Source: Pristiophorus japonicus (lineage: Eukaryota). From it: a stretch of 64,000 nucleotides of DNA. Made by a program: the position numbers and the translations under genes. Shown here piece after piece: positions 25,855 to 39,761 of the stretch. Within the stretch, counting starts at the first letter, position 1. Each line of letters opens with the position of its first letter. A model generated the notes under the pieces. It did not search any database. It was not told where the DNA came from and saw only the letters and a program-made list of their open reading frames with translations. Where the stretch lies: assembly GCF_044704955.1 (NCBI RefSeq), contig NC_091997.1, forward strand, positions 22,754,001-22,818,000, read 5' to 3'.

Positions 25855-28800
25855 ACAATAAGGGGTTGGCCATTTAGGACCGAGATGAGGAGAAACTTCT
25901 TCACTCAGAGGATGGTGAATCTTTGGAATTATCTACACCAGAGGGCTCAGTCTTTGAGCATATTCAAGACAGAGAGCATTGCTATTTTTGGATATTAAGG
26001 GAATCAAGGGATATAGGGATAGTGTTATATATGTAAATCTGTAAATATCTTGTTTAACCACCAGAGGGCTCACCCCCTGGAGTCCCAAGGGATCCCACAA
26101 TCCCTTGGGAGCACCTGTACTTAAGGAGGCCTCACAGGCTGGAGAGGCACTCTGGAGACCTGCAATAAAAGACTAAGGTCACACTTTACTTTGGGCTCAC
26201 AGTATCTGGTCAGACTCTTTATTCATACACTACAACTGGCGACGAGATACAGATGACGAACCCCACCACAACGATGCAGAGAACAGTGGGCATCCTGAAG
26301 AAATTTTCGGAGGGAGATGATTGGGAAACCTTCATGGAGCGACTCGACCAATACTTCGTGGTCAACGAGCTGGAAGGAGAAGCGAATGCTGCCAAATGAA
26401 GGGCGATTCTCCTCACTGTTTGCGGGGCACCAACGTATGGCCTCATGAAAAATCTGCTTTGCTCCAGTGAAACCCACAGAGAAATCGTATGAGGATTTGT
26501 GCACACTGGTCCGGGAGCATCTTAACCCGAAGGAAAATGTTCTGATGGTGAGGTACCGGTTCTACAGGAGGTCTGAAGGTCAGGAAGTGGCGAGCTATGT
26601 TGCAAAGCTATGACGTCTTACAGGACATTGCGAATTTGAAGGACATTTGGAGCACATGCTCAGGACTTCTTTGTACTTGGCATTGGCCATGAAATAATAC
26701 TTCGCAAACTTTTGACGGTAGAGACTCCAACCTTGAGTAAAGCCGTAGCGATAGCCCAGGTGTTCATTGCCAACAGTGACAATACCAAGCAAATCTCTCA
26801 GCACACGAGTGCTGCTACAAGTACTGTGAACAAAGTAATGTTGTTTTCGAATCGTAACGTACAGGGCAGGCCTCACATGCCTGCAGCTGCACGTCCGCAG
26901 ATGTCTCAGAGTCCACCATCAAGGGTGATGAATGCAAGGCCATTAACACCTTGTTGGCGCTGCGGGGGTGATCATCATTTCCATTCATGCTGCTTCAAAG
27001 GATACGTTTGCAAGGGCTGTGAAACAATGGGATAGCTCCAATGTATGTGCAGGCGAGCTGCAAACTCTGCTAATCCTGCAAACCACCAAGTTGCAGAGGA
27101 GGACAGATCCACGGCAGATCACGATGAACCAGAGCCTTAGACCGGGGAGGCAGAGGTATATGGGGTGCACACATTTACCATAAAGTGCCCCCCGATAATG
27201 CTGACGGTTGAATTAAATAGACTCCCAGTGTCAATGGAGCTGGACACGGGCACGAGCCAGTCCATTATGAGCAAAAAGATTTTCGATAAATTGTGTTGCA
27301 GCAAGGCCTCAAGGCCAGTCCCGACTCCCATTCGCACTAAACTGAGACCTTACACGAAGGAACTGAATCCCGTAATTGGCAGTGCTACTGTAAAGGTCTC
27401 CTACGATGGAGCGCTACACAAGTTACCACTCTAGGTGGTACTGGGCGATGGCCCCACGTTGCTCGGCAGGAGTTGGCTGGGGAAGATACGCTGGAACTGT
27501 GACGACGTCCAAACGCTCTCGCCTGTCGACGACACTTCGTGTGCCCAGGTCCTAAACAAGTTCTCCTTGCTGTTCGAACCAGGCAGCGGGAAGTTTCAAG
27601 GAGCAAAAGTGAAGCTCCACCTAATTCCGGGGGCACGACCCATCCATCACAAGGCGAGAGCAGTACCGTACATGATGAGAGAAGGGTGAAGATCGAGCTG
27701 GATCGGCTGCAACGAGAGGGCATCATTTCGCCGATCGAATTCAACGAGTGGGCCAGTCCGATTGTTCCAGTCCTCAAGGGAGATGGCACCATCAGAATCT
27801 GTGGTGATTACAAAGTAACTATCAATCGTTTCTTCCTGCAGGATCAATACCCACTACCAAAGGCAGACGACCTTTTTGTGATGCTGGCGGGAGGAAAGAC
27901 GTTCACAAAGCTGGACTTGACCTCGGCCTACATGATGCAGGAGCTGGAGGAATCATTGAAGGGCCTCACTTGCATCAACACGCACAAAGGTCTCTTCATT
28001 TACAACAGATGCCCGTTTGGGATTCAATCAGCCGCGGCGATCTCCAGAGAAACATGGAAAGCTTACTGAAGTTGGTCTCGCGCACCGTGGTCTTCCAGGA
28101 TGATATCTTGGTTGCAATGCGTTTTCCTGGTGCCTGAAGTGGAGTTCCTGGGGAAAGAATTGCGGCGGACGGCATCAGGCCCACCGATTTGATGACGGAG
28201 GCAATCGAGAACGCACCGAGGCCGCAGAACGTGATGGAGCTGCGGTCGTTTGTAGGACTCCTGAACTACTTTGGTAAACTTCTTACCGGGTCTCAGCACA
28301 TTGTACTAACCACTGCATGCCTTATTGCATAAAGGAGACAAATGGGTATGGGGTAAAAGCCAAGAAAATGCCTTTGTAAAAGCTAGAAACTGTTATGCTC
28401 AAACACATTGCTTGTGTTGTATGATCCATGTAAGCATTTGGTACTAGCATGTGATGCATTGTCATATGGTGTTGGGTGTGTATTGCACCAACCTAATGAA
28501 TCTGGGAAATTGCAACCGATTGCCTATGCATCCAGAAGTCTGTCTAAGGCTGAGAGGGCCGACAGCATGATTAAAAAAGAAGCATTAGCGTGTGTTTATA
28601 GGGTAAAGAATATGCATCAATATCTGTTCGGGTTCAAATTTGAATCGGAAACTGACCATAAACCACTCATATCCCTCCTTTCTGAAAGTAAGGGGATAAA
28701 TACGAATGCATTGGCCTGCATCCAGAGATGGGTGCTCATGTTGTCAACATACAACTGCAGCATCCGCAATTGGCCAGGCACAGAAAACTGTGCCGATGCT

Positions 28801-30608
28801 CTCGGCAGGCTACCATTGCCCACCACGGAAGCATAATGAAAGCATTCGAGAGTGAGCAATCACCCATAACCGCCCGATAGATTAGAACATGGACGAGCCA
28901 GGATCCCTTACTATCCCTAGTAAAAAATTGTGTGCTTCACGGGAGCTGGTCCAGTGTCCAATTAGAAATGCAGGAACAAATAAAGCCGTACCAGCGGCGC
29001 AAAGATAAAATGTCTATACAGGCAGACTGCCTTCTGTGGGGTAATCGGGTAGTGGTGCCAAAAAAGGGCAGGGACACTTTTATTCGTGATCTCCACAGTA
29101 CCCACCCAGGCATTGTAATGATGAAAGCGATAGTCAGGTCCCACGTGTGGTGGCCCGGAATCGATGCGGACTTAGAGTTCTGTATGCACAAATGTAACAC
29201 ATGTTCACAGTTAAGCAATGCACCCAGGAAGGCGCCACTAAGTTTATGGTCTTGGCCCTCCAAACCGTGGTCTAGCGTCCATGTCAACTATGCAGGCCCG
29301 TTCTTGGGTAAAGTATTCCTAGTGGTTGCAGATGCGTACACCAAATGGATTGAATGTGAGATAATGTCGGCAAGCACGTCCGCTGCCGCCACTGAAAGCC
29401 CGCGGGCCATGTTTGCCATGCACGGCTTTCCTGATGTCCTTGTAAGTGGCAATGGGCCGTGTTTCACCAGTGCCAAGTTCAAAGAGTTCATGACCTGCAA
29501 TGGGATCAAACATATTACATCTGCCCCGTTCAAACCAGCATCCAATGGTCAGGCAGAGAGAGCAGTGCAAACAATCAAGCAGAGCTTGAAAAGGGTAACT
29601 GAAGGCTCACTGCAGACTCGCCTATCCTGAGTCCTGCTTAGTTACCGCACGAGACCCCACTTGCTCACTGCTCGCTGAACTGCTCATGATAAAGGCACTT
29701 AAGACAAGGCTCTCATTAGTCCACCCTGATCTACATGAACAGGGAGAGAGTAGGTGGCTTCAACAAAATACATATTATGATAGCGCAAATGTGTCACGCG
29801 AAATTGAGATTAATGATCCTGTATTTGTGTTGAACTATGGACAAGGTCCCAAATGGCTCACCGGCACTGTCGTGGCCAAAGAGGAGAGTAAGGTTTTTTG
29901 GGTCAAGCTTTCAAATGGACTCATCTACAGGAAACACTTGGACCAAACCAAACTCAGATTCACGGACTATTCAGAGCAACCCACATTAGACCCTACCTTT
30001 TTTGACCCCCCAACACACACACCAGTGGCAACCGACACAGCGGTTGACCACGAAGCAGAACCCATCACCCCCAGCAGCCCAGCAGGACTCACCACACCAG
30101 GCAGCCCAGCAAGGCCAGCTGCACAACAGCCCAGCGAGGGCCCAACAAACGACTCACGAAAACCAGCATTTGCACCGAGACGATCAACCAGGGAAAGAAA
30201 GGCCCCAGATCGACTCACCTTGTAAACAGTTACACTATTGACTTTGGAGGGGGGGGGGGGGGGTGCGGAGTGTTGTTATATATGTAAACCTGTAAATACC
30301 TTGTTTAACCACCAGAGGGCTCACCCCCTGGAGTCTCAAGGGATCCCACAATCACTTTGGAGCACCTGTAACTTAAGGAGGCCTCACAGGCTGGAGAGGC
30401 ACTCTGGGGACCTGCAAAAAAAGACTAAGGTCATACTTTACTTTGAGCTCACAGTATCTGGTCAGACTCTTTATTCATACACTACAGATAGTGCAGGAAA
30501 GTGGAGTTCAGGTGGAAGACCAGCCAGGTCTCATTGAATGGCGGAGCAGGCTCGAGGGGCGGAATGGCCTACTCCTGCTCCTAATCCTTATGTTCTTATG
30601 TTCTCATG
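25855..30608 (+). mobile_element. CR1 3' fragment (25855-26022 plus 30492-30608) split by a Gypsy insertion
   Basis: IRGWPFRTEMRRNFFTQRMVNLWN...ggatag, resuming as tgcaggaaagtggagtt...ccttatgttcttatgttc. Confidence 0.88.
26023..30486 (+). mobile_element. Full-length degraded Ty3/Gypsy LTR retrotransposon 1
   Basis: LTRs 26023-26234 and 30274-30486 (TG...CA; about 9 substitutions and 1 indel by eye), TSD GATAG, PBS tggcgacgag and a G-rich PPT. Coding motifs: gag zinc knuckle CWRCGGDHHFHSC, protease LDTGT, RT WASPIVPV/RICGDYK/FQDD, RNase H LACDA and ETDHKPL, integrase HHCC and SNGQAER. Many stops. Confidence 0.96.
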
Positions 30609-30727
30609 CATAGGACCTGGAGGCTAAACCTGTCACTATGGCTACAATCCTTCCCATGTCACTCCAGCGGGCCAAGTCCTAGCTGGTAGGGTATTAAAGT
30701 TGGACAAGCAAAAGAAAGTTTACAAGC

Positions 30728-30907
30728 ACAAAAGCAAAACACTGCGGATGCTGGAATCTGGAATAAAAACAGAAAATGCTGAAAATCTCAGCAGGTCAGG
30801 CAGCATCTGTGGAGAGAAAGCAGAGATAACGTTTTGGGTTGATGACCCTTCGTCGAAAAGAACAGTTTCTTAACAAGCACTGAAAAGGAGAGGGGAAGAA
30901 AGAACAG
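30728..30907. mobile_element. Penelope-like-derived mini-element, 10-bp TSD
   Basis: gtttacaagc at 30718-30727 and 30908-30917. Body acaaaagcaaaacactgcggatgctggaatc...gcagcatctgtggagag. A degenerate hammerhead motif lies on the minus strand at about 30824-30858. Confidence 0.75.
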
Positions 30908-32165
30908 GTTTACAAGCGCTCTGTGCTGGGACACCACATGGTTTCAGCTGTTTAAACATGGTTTAAACTCTGACAATAACCCAGTCACACTTGGGGGGAC
31001 CTCTTTCATTGCACCTGCAGCCTGCACCTAAATTCAAGGCTTAAGTAAGTGAGAGGCTCACTACAGGGAGAGAGTTTGCACCCCACATCAGGCAAGAGGA
31101 CGCTGTGTGTGGATTTCTCAGTCGTTTAGAGATTCTTAAATAATGGTGAAGTACTTCCAGACGCATCAGACACCCGGCTGACCAAATAAAAACAAACAAA
31201 TATATTGCTTGTGTATTAATAATTAATGGCTGTACAGGCTCTTATTGTACGAGCAGCACCGTCAGAGAAATATTAAACTTGTAAATGAAGTTAATGTGTT
31301 TCTCCGGCAAGGGACTAATTCCATTAAAGGCCAACTTTGTAATTATTTTTTAGTGCGTTGTCAGAATGAGAACACAGCAGGCATTTGAGGCAGAGTAATT
31401 AGTGGACCCTGTCTGTCTGTGGCAGAGTGTGAAAGCACTGTTTGAAAATGATTTATGACTGTGCGTTGAATTCAGTAAGTCTTTGCATTCTTTATGAACA
31501 CTGGCTGAGATAGCTGAAACCGCAATTAGGCAATTCATTTGAAAAGGCAAGTCGAAGGAATTTACATTAAGTATTATTTTGGCACATTTTAATCACAGTA
31601 ATACTGGACTATTGCATTTCCTTGGCACCTGCCACATGCAGCCTGTCAAAGCTAATGAAAATAATATATGTAAAACTGTTAATATTTTATAACTTCGTCA
31701 GAGATTATTCTTTTATTTAATAAAGATAAGGCACAGGTCTAGGATGAAGGATTGCGGATATATGCTGCTGTGTTTTAAGGAACTGTTACTTTTCCGTTTA
31801 AATAGATGACACACTGTCATGGAACGGTAGCCACTTGACTTCTTCAGTCATTAAAAATTCAATCTATTCGTTATTTTCATTTCAATTAATTTTTCATCGC
31901 TTTGGCACCAATGCCTGTAATATAGCGACTGTGTCATACCAGGAGGCACAGCATGCTGTTCTACATCAATGCCATTTGTCAAGGTAAAAATATTGTTCTG
32001 AAATAAATTTGCGTGAATTCCGAATTCTGCTTCTCTCTCTCTCTCGAGCAGCGTGTTGTATTGCATGGTTTGCCAGACAACATATTTGAAGCTTGTCTGT
32101 CACCGCCTAATGATTAAATCAGTAGAGTAGTTAGCGTTCTCAGTATTGCAATAGCAACTCTGCAG

Positions 32166-32484
32166 GCTGGATTTTCGGCTTTGAAGGTTTCGGGGCGGTA
32201 ATGGCGGCGGGACAGTAACATTTGCGCCCGGGAATAGTTTGCGCCTCAGTCAGCAAAATTGGGCAGCTGGGCCCTGAGTGTGGGGCGCCGCACTAAGGGA
32301 GGTGTTAGCATGGGAAAATCCCAGCTGAAGAACCGGGCCGAGAGTGCTCAGCTGGCCGAGCACCCTGGGAGAGGTGTGTAACGCCTCCCTTAGTGCTCCG
32401 CCCCACACTCAGGGCCCAGCTGACTGTGGCTCAAACTGTACCGCCCCGCCGCTGTACAGCCCCGAAATGAGCAAAGCCGAAAAT
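32166..32484. mobile_element. Foldback MITE with >100-bp inverted arms
   Basis: attttcggcttt...cagctgggccctgagtgtggggc..gcactaagggagg is mirrored by cctcccttagtgc..gccccacactcagggcccagctg...aaagccgaaaat. The arm is related to 55700-55850. Confidence 0.8.
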
Positions 32485-34183
32485 AAGTAATGGGGGAGAA
32501 CTGGACGGAGGGGAGGCCTCTCCCAACCTCGCTCCCTCCATTTGCTGCATATAAGGCAACGCCCAATGCCACATTATTACAGCCGATCCAATCCCGACTG
32601 TTCCCCAAGGGCGGATTAGGTTAAAATAATCCTCACATCAGTAAATCTAAACAGTAAATCCCGAGGGATCAGAGTTTAAAACTATTTCAGGGTTACTGAC
32701 CAACAATAGGAGATTAGCTGGATAAAATTGTTACTTTATTCAAGAAATATTCAGAAGGTACAGCATGTTACTTTGTTCAGAAATATAATCAACATGAAGA
32801 TTGTACTCGGATTAAAGGACGGCTGCTTTTTCCGCTGTTGAGGCATCTTATGATGGTTTCATTGTACAGGTATTGTTATGTATGCAACACCTTGTAACCA
32901 GCATTCTACTGCCACCAGACGGTGCATCTGTTTAAGTCCTAAGGGATCCCAGCATCCCTTGGGAGCATTGCATATGAGCAGGCCTCCCATGCTGTGCCAG
33001 CACTCTGGAGTCAGAATAAAGAGACTAAGGTCACACTTACGCAAGTCTACAGTACTCAGTCACATTGCTTTATTTATTCAACTGGTGATGAGTAATAGAA
33101 AACGAACCATCACATGAAAATGCAGAGAACTGTTGATATCCTGGAGAAATTCTCAGAAAGTGATGATTGGGAGGCCTTTGTGGAGCAACTCGACCAATGC
33201 TTCGTGGCCAGCGAACTCGAAGGGAATGAGAACGCTGCCAAACGACGGGCGATCCTCCTCACCGTCTGCGGGGCAAAAACCGATGGCCTCATGAAGAACC
33301 TTCTTGCTCCGGTGAAACCAACAAGCAAATCATATGAAGAACTGTGTACGCTGGTCCGGGAGCAACTAAATCTGAAGGAGAGCATTCCGATAGCAAGGTA
33401 TCGATTTTATACATGTCAACGGTCTGAAGTGGCGAGCGACATCGCCGAACTAAGGCGCCTTGCAGGACATTGCGAATTCGGTGGATTCCTGGATCAAATG
33501 CTCAGAGACTTTTTTGTGCTTGGCATTGGCCATGAGGTTATCCTTTGCAAACTAGCTAATCCATCATGAGTAAAAAGATGTTTGAGAGACTGTGGTGCAA
33601 CAAGGCATCCAGACGAGCCCTGAGCCCCATCCACACGAAACTGAGAACGTACACCAAAGAGCTCATCACTGTCCTGCGCAGCGCCATGGTCAAGGTCACC
33701 TACGAGGGCACGGTGCATGAACTGCCACTCTGGATTGTCCCGGGCGATGGCTCCACACTGCTTGAAAGGAGCTGGCTGGGCAAAATCTGCTGTAACTGGG
33801 ATGACATCCGAGCGCTATCACATGTCGATGAGGCCTCATGTACCCAGGTTCTTAAAAAATTTCCTCCCCTTTTGAGCCAGGCATTGAAAACTTTTCTCGG
33901 GCGATGGTGAGGATCCACTTGGTCCCAGGGGCACGACCCACTCACCACAAGGCGCGAGCAGTACCTCACATGATGAGGGAGAGAGTGGAAATCGAGCTGG
34001 ACAGGCTGCAACGCGAGGGCATCATCTCCCCAGTGGAATTCAGCGAGTGGGCCAGCCCGATTGTTCCAGTACTCAAAAGTGATGGCACGTTCAGGATTTG
34101 CGGCGATTATAAAGCAACTATTAATCGTTTCTCGCTACAGGACCAATACCCGCTACCTAAGGCAGATGACGCAGGCACCTCGA

Positions 34184-35405
34184 CTACGGGCAAGCTATTC
34201 AATTTTATGTTTAGCAGTATAGGTGGACATTTCATTGAAAATGTGTGCACCCCGTGTACTTCAGCATCTGCCTCCTCTCTCTGAGGCTCAAAATTGCTTT
34301 GATCCAGCATGGACCGATCGTCCTCAGCTGCATGGTGGTGAGCAGATTTTGCAGAGCCTGCAGCTCATTTGCAAGCTCGTTGGAGGTTCCCCATTGTTCC
34401 ACAGCTCTTGCAAACATACCCTTTGAAGCGGCATGAATAGGCTGAATGGAAGCCTCCACGACACCAACAAGGTGTGAATTGCCTTGCATTCATCCTTTGT
34501 TGGGGACTCTGAGTCATCTGGGTTACCTGAGGCCTGCTGGCAATTGCAGACCCGTGGGTTCTGTCCTGTACATTTCTGCTCGCAAACATAGTTCCAGTTA
34601 ATTTATGAACATTGCTAGCACTTGTGTGTTGAGAGATTTGTTTGGTGTTATCATTGGTGGACATAAACGCCTGTGCTATTGCAATGGCCTTACTGAGGGT
34701 CGGTGTCTCTACAGTCAAACGTTTTTGTAGGATGGTCTCGTGGCCAATGCCCAGTACAAAAAAGTCTCTGAGCATTTGCTCCAGGTCGCTATCAAACTCA
34801 CATTGTCCTGCAAGTCGCCTTAGCTCGGCGACGTAGCTCGCCACTTCCTGACCTTGAGATCTCTGGCACGTGTAGAACCGATACCTCGCCATCAGCACAC
34901 TCTCCCTCGGGTTAAGATACTCCCGAACCAGTATACACAGCTCCTCATACGACTTATCTGTGGATTTCACCAGAGCCAGAAGATTCTTCATGAGGCTGTA
35001 GGTCGGTGCCCCGCAGACCGTGAGGAGGACCGCTCTCCTTTTTGCAGCACTTCCTTCTCCGTCCAGCTCGTTGGCTACAAAGTACTGCCCTAGCCATTCG
35101 ACATAGACTTCCCAGTCCTCACCCTCTGAGAACTTCTCCAGGATGCCCACAGTTTGCTGCATCTTTGCATTGGATTCGTATTCTCGTCGCCAGTTATTGT
35201 GTTCCTAACACAGATGAGACTGCACACAGGGAGATTAAAGTGACAGTGACCTCAGTCTTTAATAAGACACTCCAGAGTGAGGAACAGGCCTTAGGGACAG
35301 GCTTATATACAGTGCTCCCAAGGGAAGCTGGGATCCCTTGGGACTTCAGGGGATGAGCTCCCTGGTGGTGGAATATGGGAGTGCATGTTTTACAGATACA
35401 CAATA
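34184..35405 (-). mobile_element. Inverted 5' fragment of another Gypsy (LTR, PBS, gag, protease start)
   Basis: LTR about 35195-35405, PBS actggcgacgag at 35183-35194, and an open 265-aa gag ORF at 35162-34365 (MQQTVGILEKFSEGEDWE...). Confidence 0.92.
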
Positions 35406-35831
35406 GCGCCGGTTCAACGAGTGGGCCAGTCCGATTTTTCCGGTTCTCAAGGGCGATGGCACGGTCAGAATTTGTGGGGAGTATAAAGTAATGATTAACC
35501 ATTTTTCGCTGCAGGACCAGTACCTGCTACCCAAGGCAGGCGACCTATTTGCGACGCTGGCAAGAGGGAAGACGTTCACCAAGTTGGACCTGACCTCGGC
35601 CTACATGACACAGGAGCTGGCGGAATCTTCGAAAGGCCTCACCTGCATCAACACGCACAAAGGTCTGTTCATCTACAATAGATGTCCGTGGCTATTTTTC
35701 AAAGGAACATGGAGAGACTGCTAAAATCGGTTCCGCACACCGTGGTTTTCCAGGGCGACATATTGATCACTGGTCGGGACACCATCGAACACTTCCAGAA
35801 CCTGGAAGAAGTTCTAAGTCGGCTAGATCAT

Positions 35832-37300
35832 AACATAAGAACATAAGAATTAGGAACAGGAGTAGGCCATCTAGCCCCTCGAGCCTGCTCCGCCATTCAA
35901 CAAGATCATGGCTGATCTGGCTGTGGATTCAGCTCCACTTACCGGCCCGCTCCCCATAACCCTTAATTCCCTTATTGATTAAAAATCTATCTATCTGTGA
36001 TTTGAATACATTCAATGAGCTAGCCTCAACTGCTTCCTTGGGCAGAGAATTCCACAGATTCACAACCCTCTGGGAGAAGAAATTTCTTCTCAACTCGGTT
36101 TTAAATTGTCTCCCCCGTATTTTGAGGCTGTGCCCCTTAGTTCTAGTCTACCCGACCAGTGGAAACAACCTCTCTGCCTCTATCTTGTCTATCCCTTTCA
36201 TTATTTTAAATGTTTCTATAAGATCACTCCTCACCCTTCTGAACTCCAACGAGTAAAGACCCAGTCTACTCAATCTATCATCATAAGGTAACCCACTCAT
36301 CTCCGGAATCAGCCTAGTGAATCGTCTCTGTACCCCCTCCAAAGCTAGTATATCCTTCTTTTAGTAAGGTGACCAAAACTGCACGCAGTACTCCAGGTGC
36401 GGCCTCACCAATACCCTGTACAGCTGCAGCAGGACCTCCCTGCTTTTGTACTCCATCCCTCTCGCAATGAAGGCCAACATTCCATTCGCCTTCCTGATTA
36501 CCTGCTGCACCTGCAAACTAACTTTTTGGGATTCATGCACAAGGACCCCCAGGTCCCACTGCACCGCAGCATGTTGTAATTTCTCCCCATTCAAATAATA
36601 TTCCATTTTACTGTTTTTTTTTCCAAGGTGGATGACCTCACACTTTCCGACATTGTATTCCATCTGCCAAACCTTAGCCCATTCGCTTAACCTATCTAAA
36701 TCTCTTTGCAGCCTCTCTGAGTCCTCTACACAACCCGCTTTCCCACTAATCTTTGTGTCATCTGCAAATTTTGTTACACTACACTCTGTCCCCTCTTCCA
36801 GGTCATCTATGTATATTGTAAACAGTTGTGGTCCCAGCACCGATTTCCAACCCGAAAAGGACCCATTTATCCTGACTCTCTGCTTTCTGTTAGCCAGCCA
36901 ATTCTCTATCCATGCTAATACATTTCCTCTGACTTCACGTACCTTTATCTTCTGCAGTAACCTTTTGTGTGGCACCTTATCGAATGCCTTTTGAAAATCT
37001 AAGTACACCACATCCATCAGTACACCTCTATCCACCATGCTCGTTATATCCTCAAAGAATTCTAGTAAATTAGTTAAACATGATTTCCCCTTCATGAATC
37101 CATGTTGCATCTGCTTGATTGCACTATTCCTATCTAGATGTCCCGCTATTTCTTCCTTAATGATAGCTTCAAGCATTTTCCCCACGACAGATGTTAAACT
37201 AACCGGCCTATAGTTACCTGCCTTTTGTCTGCCCCCTATTTTAAACAGAGGCGTTACATTAGCTGCTTTCCAATACGCTGGACCTCCCCAGAGTCCAGAG
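35832..37300 (-). mobile_element. 5'-truncated CR1 LINE inserted in the Gypsy 2 RT
   Basis: 274-aa open RT segment at 37185-36361 (YLDFQKAFDKV, KFADDTK), an aacataagaacataagaa tail, and tcat at both junctions. Confidence 0.95.
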
Positions 37301-39761
37301 TCATGTAGGACTCAGGTTGAAACGCTCGAAGTATGTTTTCCTGGTGCCAGAGATCGAGTTCTTAGGGAGAAGAATCGCGGCAGATGGCATCAGACCCACC
37401 AACACCAAGACGAAGGCCATCAAGAACGCACCGAAACCACAGAATGTGACAGAGCTGCGGTCGTTCCTGGGACTCCTCAATTATTTTAGTAATTTCCTAC
37501 CCGGGTTAAGCACCTTGCTAGAACCTCTACATGTGTTGCTACGCAAGGGAGATGACTGGGTATGGGGGAAATCATGAGAGACTGCTTTTGAGAAAGCTAG
37601 AAATCTGTTATATTCCACCAAACTGCTTGTTCTGTATGACCCAGTAAAAGTTTAGTGCTAGCTTGCGATGCATCTTCGTACGGGGTTGGGTGTGTGCTAC
37701 AACAAGCAAACGAATCAGGAACATTGCAACCGATCACTTAAGCGTCCAGGAGTTTGTCCAAGGCCGAAAGGGCCTACAGCATGATTGAAAAAGAAGCTCT
37801 GGCATGCGTTTACGGGCTGAAAGAATGCACCAGTATCTATTTGGGCTTAAGTTCGAGTTAGAAACTGACCATAAGCCGCTCATCTTGCTATTCTCAGAGA
37901 GCAAAGGTATTAATACCAATGCCTCTACTCGCATCCAAAGATGGGTGCTCATGCTGTCTGCATACAACTATGTAATCCACCACAGACCAGGCACAGAGAA
38001 CAGCGCTGATGCTCTCAGTCGACTACCATTGCCCACCACCGGGGTGGAAATGGCACAGCCTGCAGACTTGCACTTGGTGATGGATGCATTTGAAAATGAA
38101 AAGTCACTCGTTACGGCCCGCCAGATCAGGACCTGGACCAGCCAGGATCCTTTACTGTCCCTTGTAAAAAACTGTGTCCTCCATGGGAGCTGGTCCAGTG
38201 TCCCAGCGGAAATGCATGAAGAGATCAAGCCGTTCCAGCGACGCAAAGACGAAATGTCCATACAGGCGGACTGTCTTTTGTGGGGTAATCGCGTGGTTTT
38301 GCCTAAGAAAGGCAGGGAAATGTTCATACACAACCTACACAGTACCCACCCAGGTATAGTAATGATGAAAGCTATAGCCAGATCCCATGTGTGGTAACTC
38401 GGCATCGACTCAGATTTGAAGTCCTGCGTGCGCCAATGCAACACTTGCTCTCAACTGAGCAATGCACCCAGAGAGGCATCGCTAAGTTTGTGGTCATGGC
38501 CCTCCAAACCGTGGTCTAGGATCCACGTTGACTTCGCTGGCCCGTAACTAGGCAAAATGTTTTTGGGTGTTGAGGATGCTTATTCAAAATGGATTGAGTG
38601 TGTAATAATGTCTGTACGCACGTCCACTGCCACCATCGAAAGCCTATGAGCCATGTTTTCACGCACGGCCTGCCTGATGTCCTTGTCAGCGACAATGGGC
38701 CATGTTCACCAGCGCTGAATCCAAGGAATTCATGACCTGCAATGGGATCAAGCACGTCACATCTGCTCCGTTCAAGCCCACATCTAACAGCCAGGCAGAA
38801 CGGGCAGTCCAAACCATCAAACAAAGCTTGAAACGCGTGTCAGAAGGCTCTCTGTAGACCTGCCTTTTGTGAGTCCTGCTCAGCTACTGCACAAGACCCC
38901 ACTCGCTCCCCCTGCTGAACTGCTCATGAAAAGGGCACTCAAAACAAGGCTCTCTCTAGTCCACCCTGATCTCCATGATCATGTCGAGGGCAGACGGCAT
39001 CAACAAAGCATGTAGCATGATCGCGCAAATTTGTCACATGGTTTTCAAGTCAATGACCCTGTATTTGTACTCAACTATGGACATGGTCCCAAATGGCTTG
39101 CTGGCACTGTTGTAGCCAAAGAAGGGAGTAGGGTGTTTGAGGTCAAACTTGCAAATGGACTAATTTGCAGAAAGCATTTGGACCAAACCAAACTGCAATT
39201 CACAGACAGCCATGAGCAACCTGAAGAGGACAGCACCAACTTCGGCCCTCCGATACACAAACACAAATGGCAACCGACATCACGGTTGACCACGAAGCTG
39301 AAGTCATCATCTCCAGCAGCCCAGCAAGGCCAGCTGCGCAGCAGCCCAGTGAAGGCCCAACCAACTCACCTGCACCTGTGTTTGCACCGAGACGATCGAC
39401 TAGGGAGCGGAAAGCCCCAGATCGTCTCACCCTGTAAATAAGTGTACTATTGACATTGGGGGGGGGGGGGGGGGGGGGGAAGTGATGTTATGTATGCAAC
39501 ACCTTGTAACCAGCATTCTACCATCACCAGAGGGTGCATTTGTTGGAGTCCCAAGGGATCCCAGCATCTGTAATACTTCCAAACAACAAGCAAGGCCTCC
39601 CAAAATTTCACAGTGAAATGTCACAAAACCAAACATCTTATAACTTATAAAATCAGCAATTTAGGGGGTTAGAGGGTTTTGGTCAAACAACTAAAACTGT
39701 TTACGTGAATAGCCTCTCTTCAAAGGTGCTATACAAATGCAAGTTGTTATTGCTGGTACCA

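Larger units (their letters stand above)
32874..39568 (+). mobile_element. Gypsy element 2: rearranged/chimeric, 3' LTR truncated
   Basis: 5' LTR 32874-33080, PBS tggtgatgag, and gag 33114-33557 fused by deletion to the protease C-terminus. RT runs to 34170 and resumes at 35410; RNase H and integrase span 37300-39440. A poly-G PPT precedes the 3' LTR at 39486-39568, which matches the first ~80 bp of the 5' LTR. Confidence 0.9.

Noticed and set aside
34365-35162. Open 265-aa gag as a domesticated gene
   Set aside because: It still carries an LTR and PBS, the zinc-knuckle residues are degenerate, and it is very similar to neighbouring decayed gag copies.
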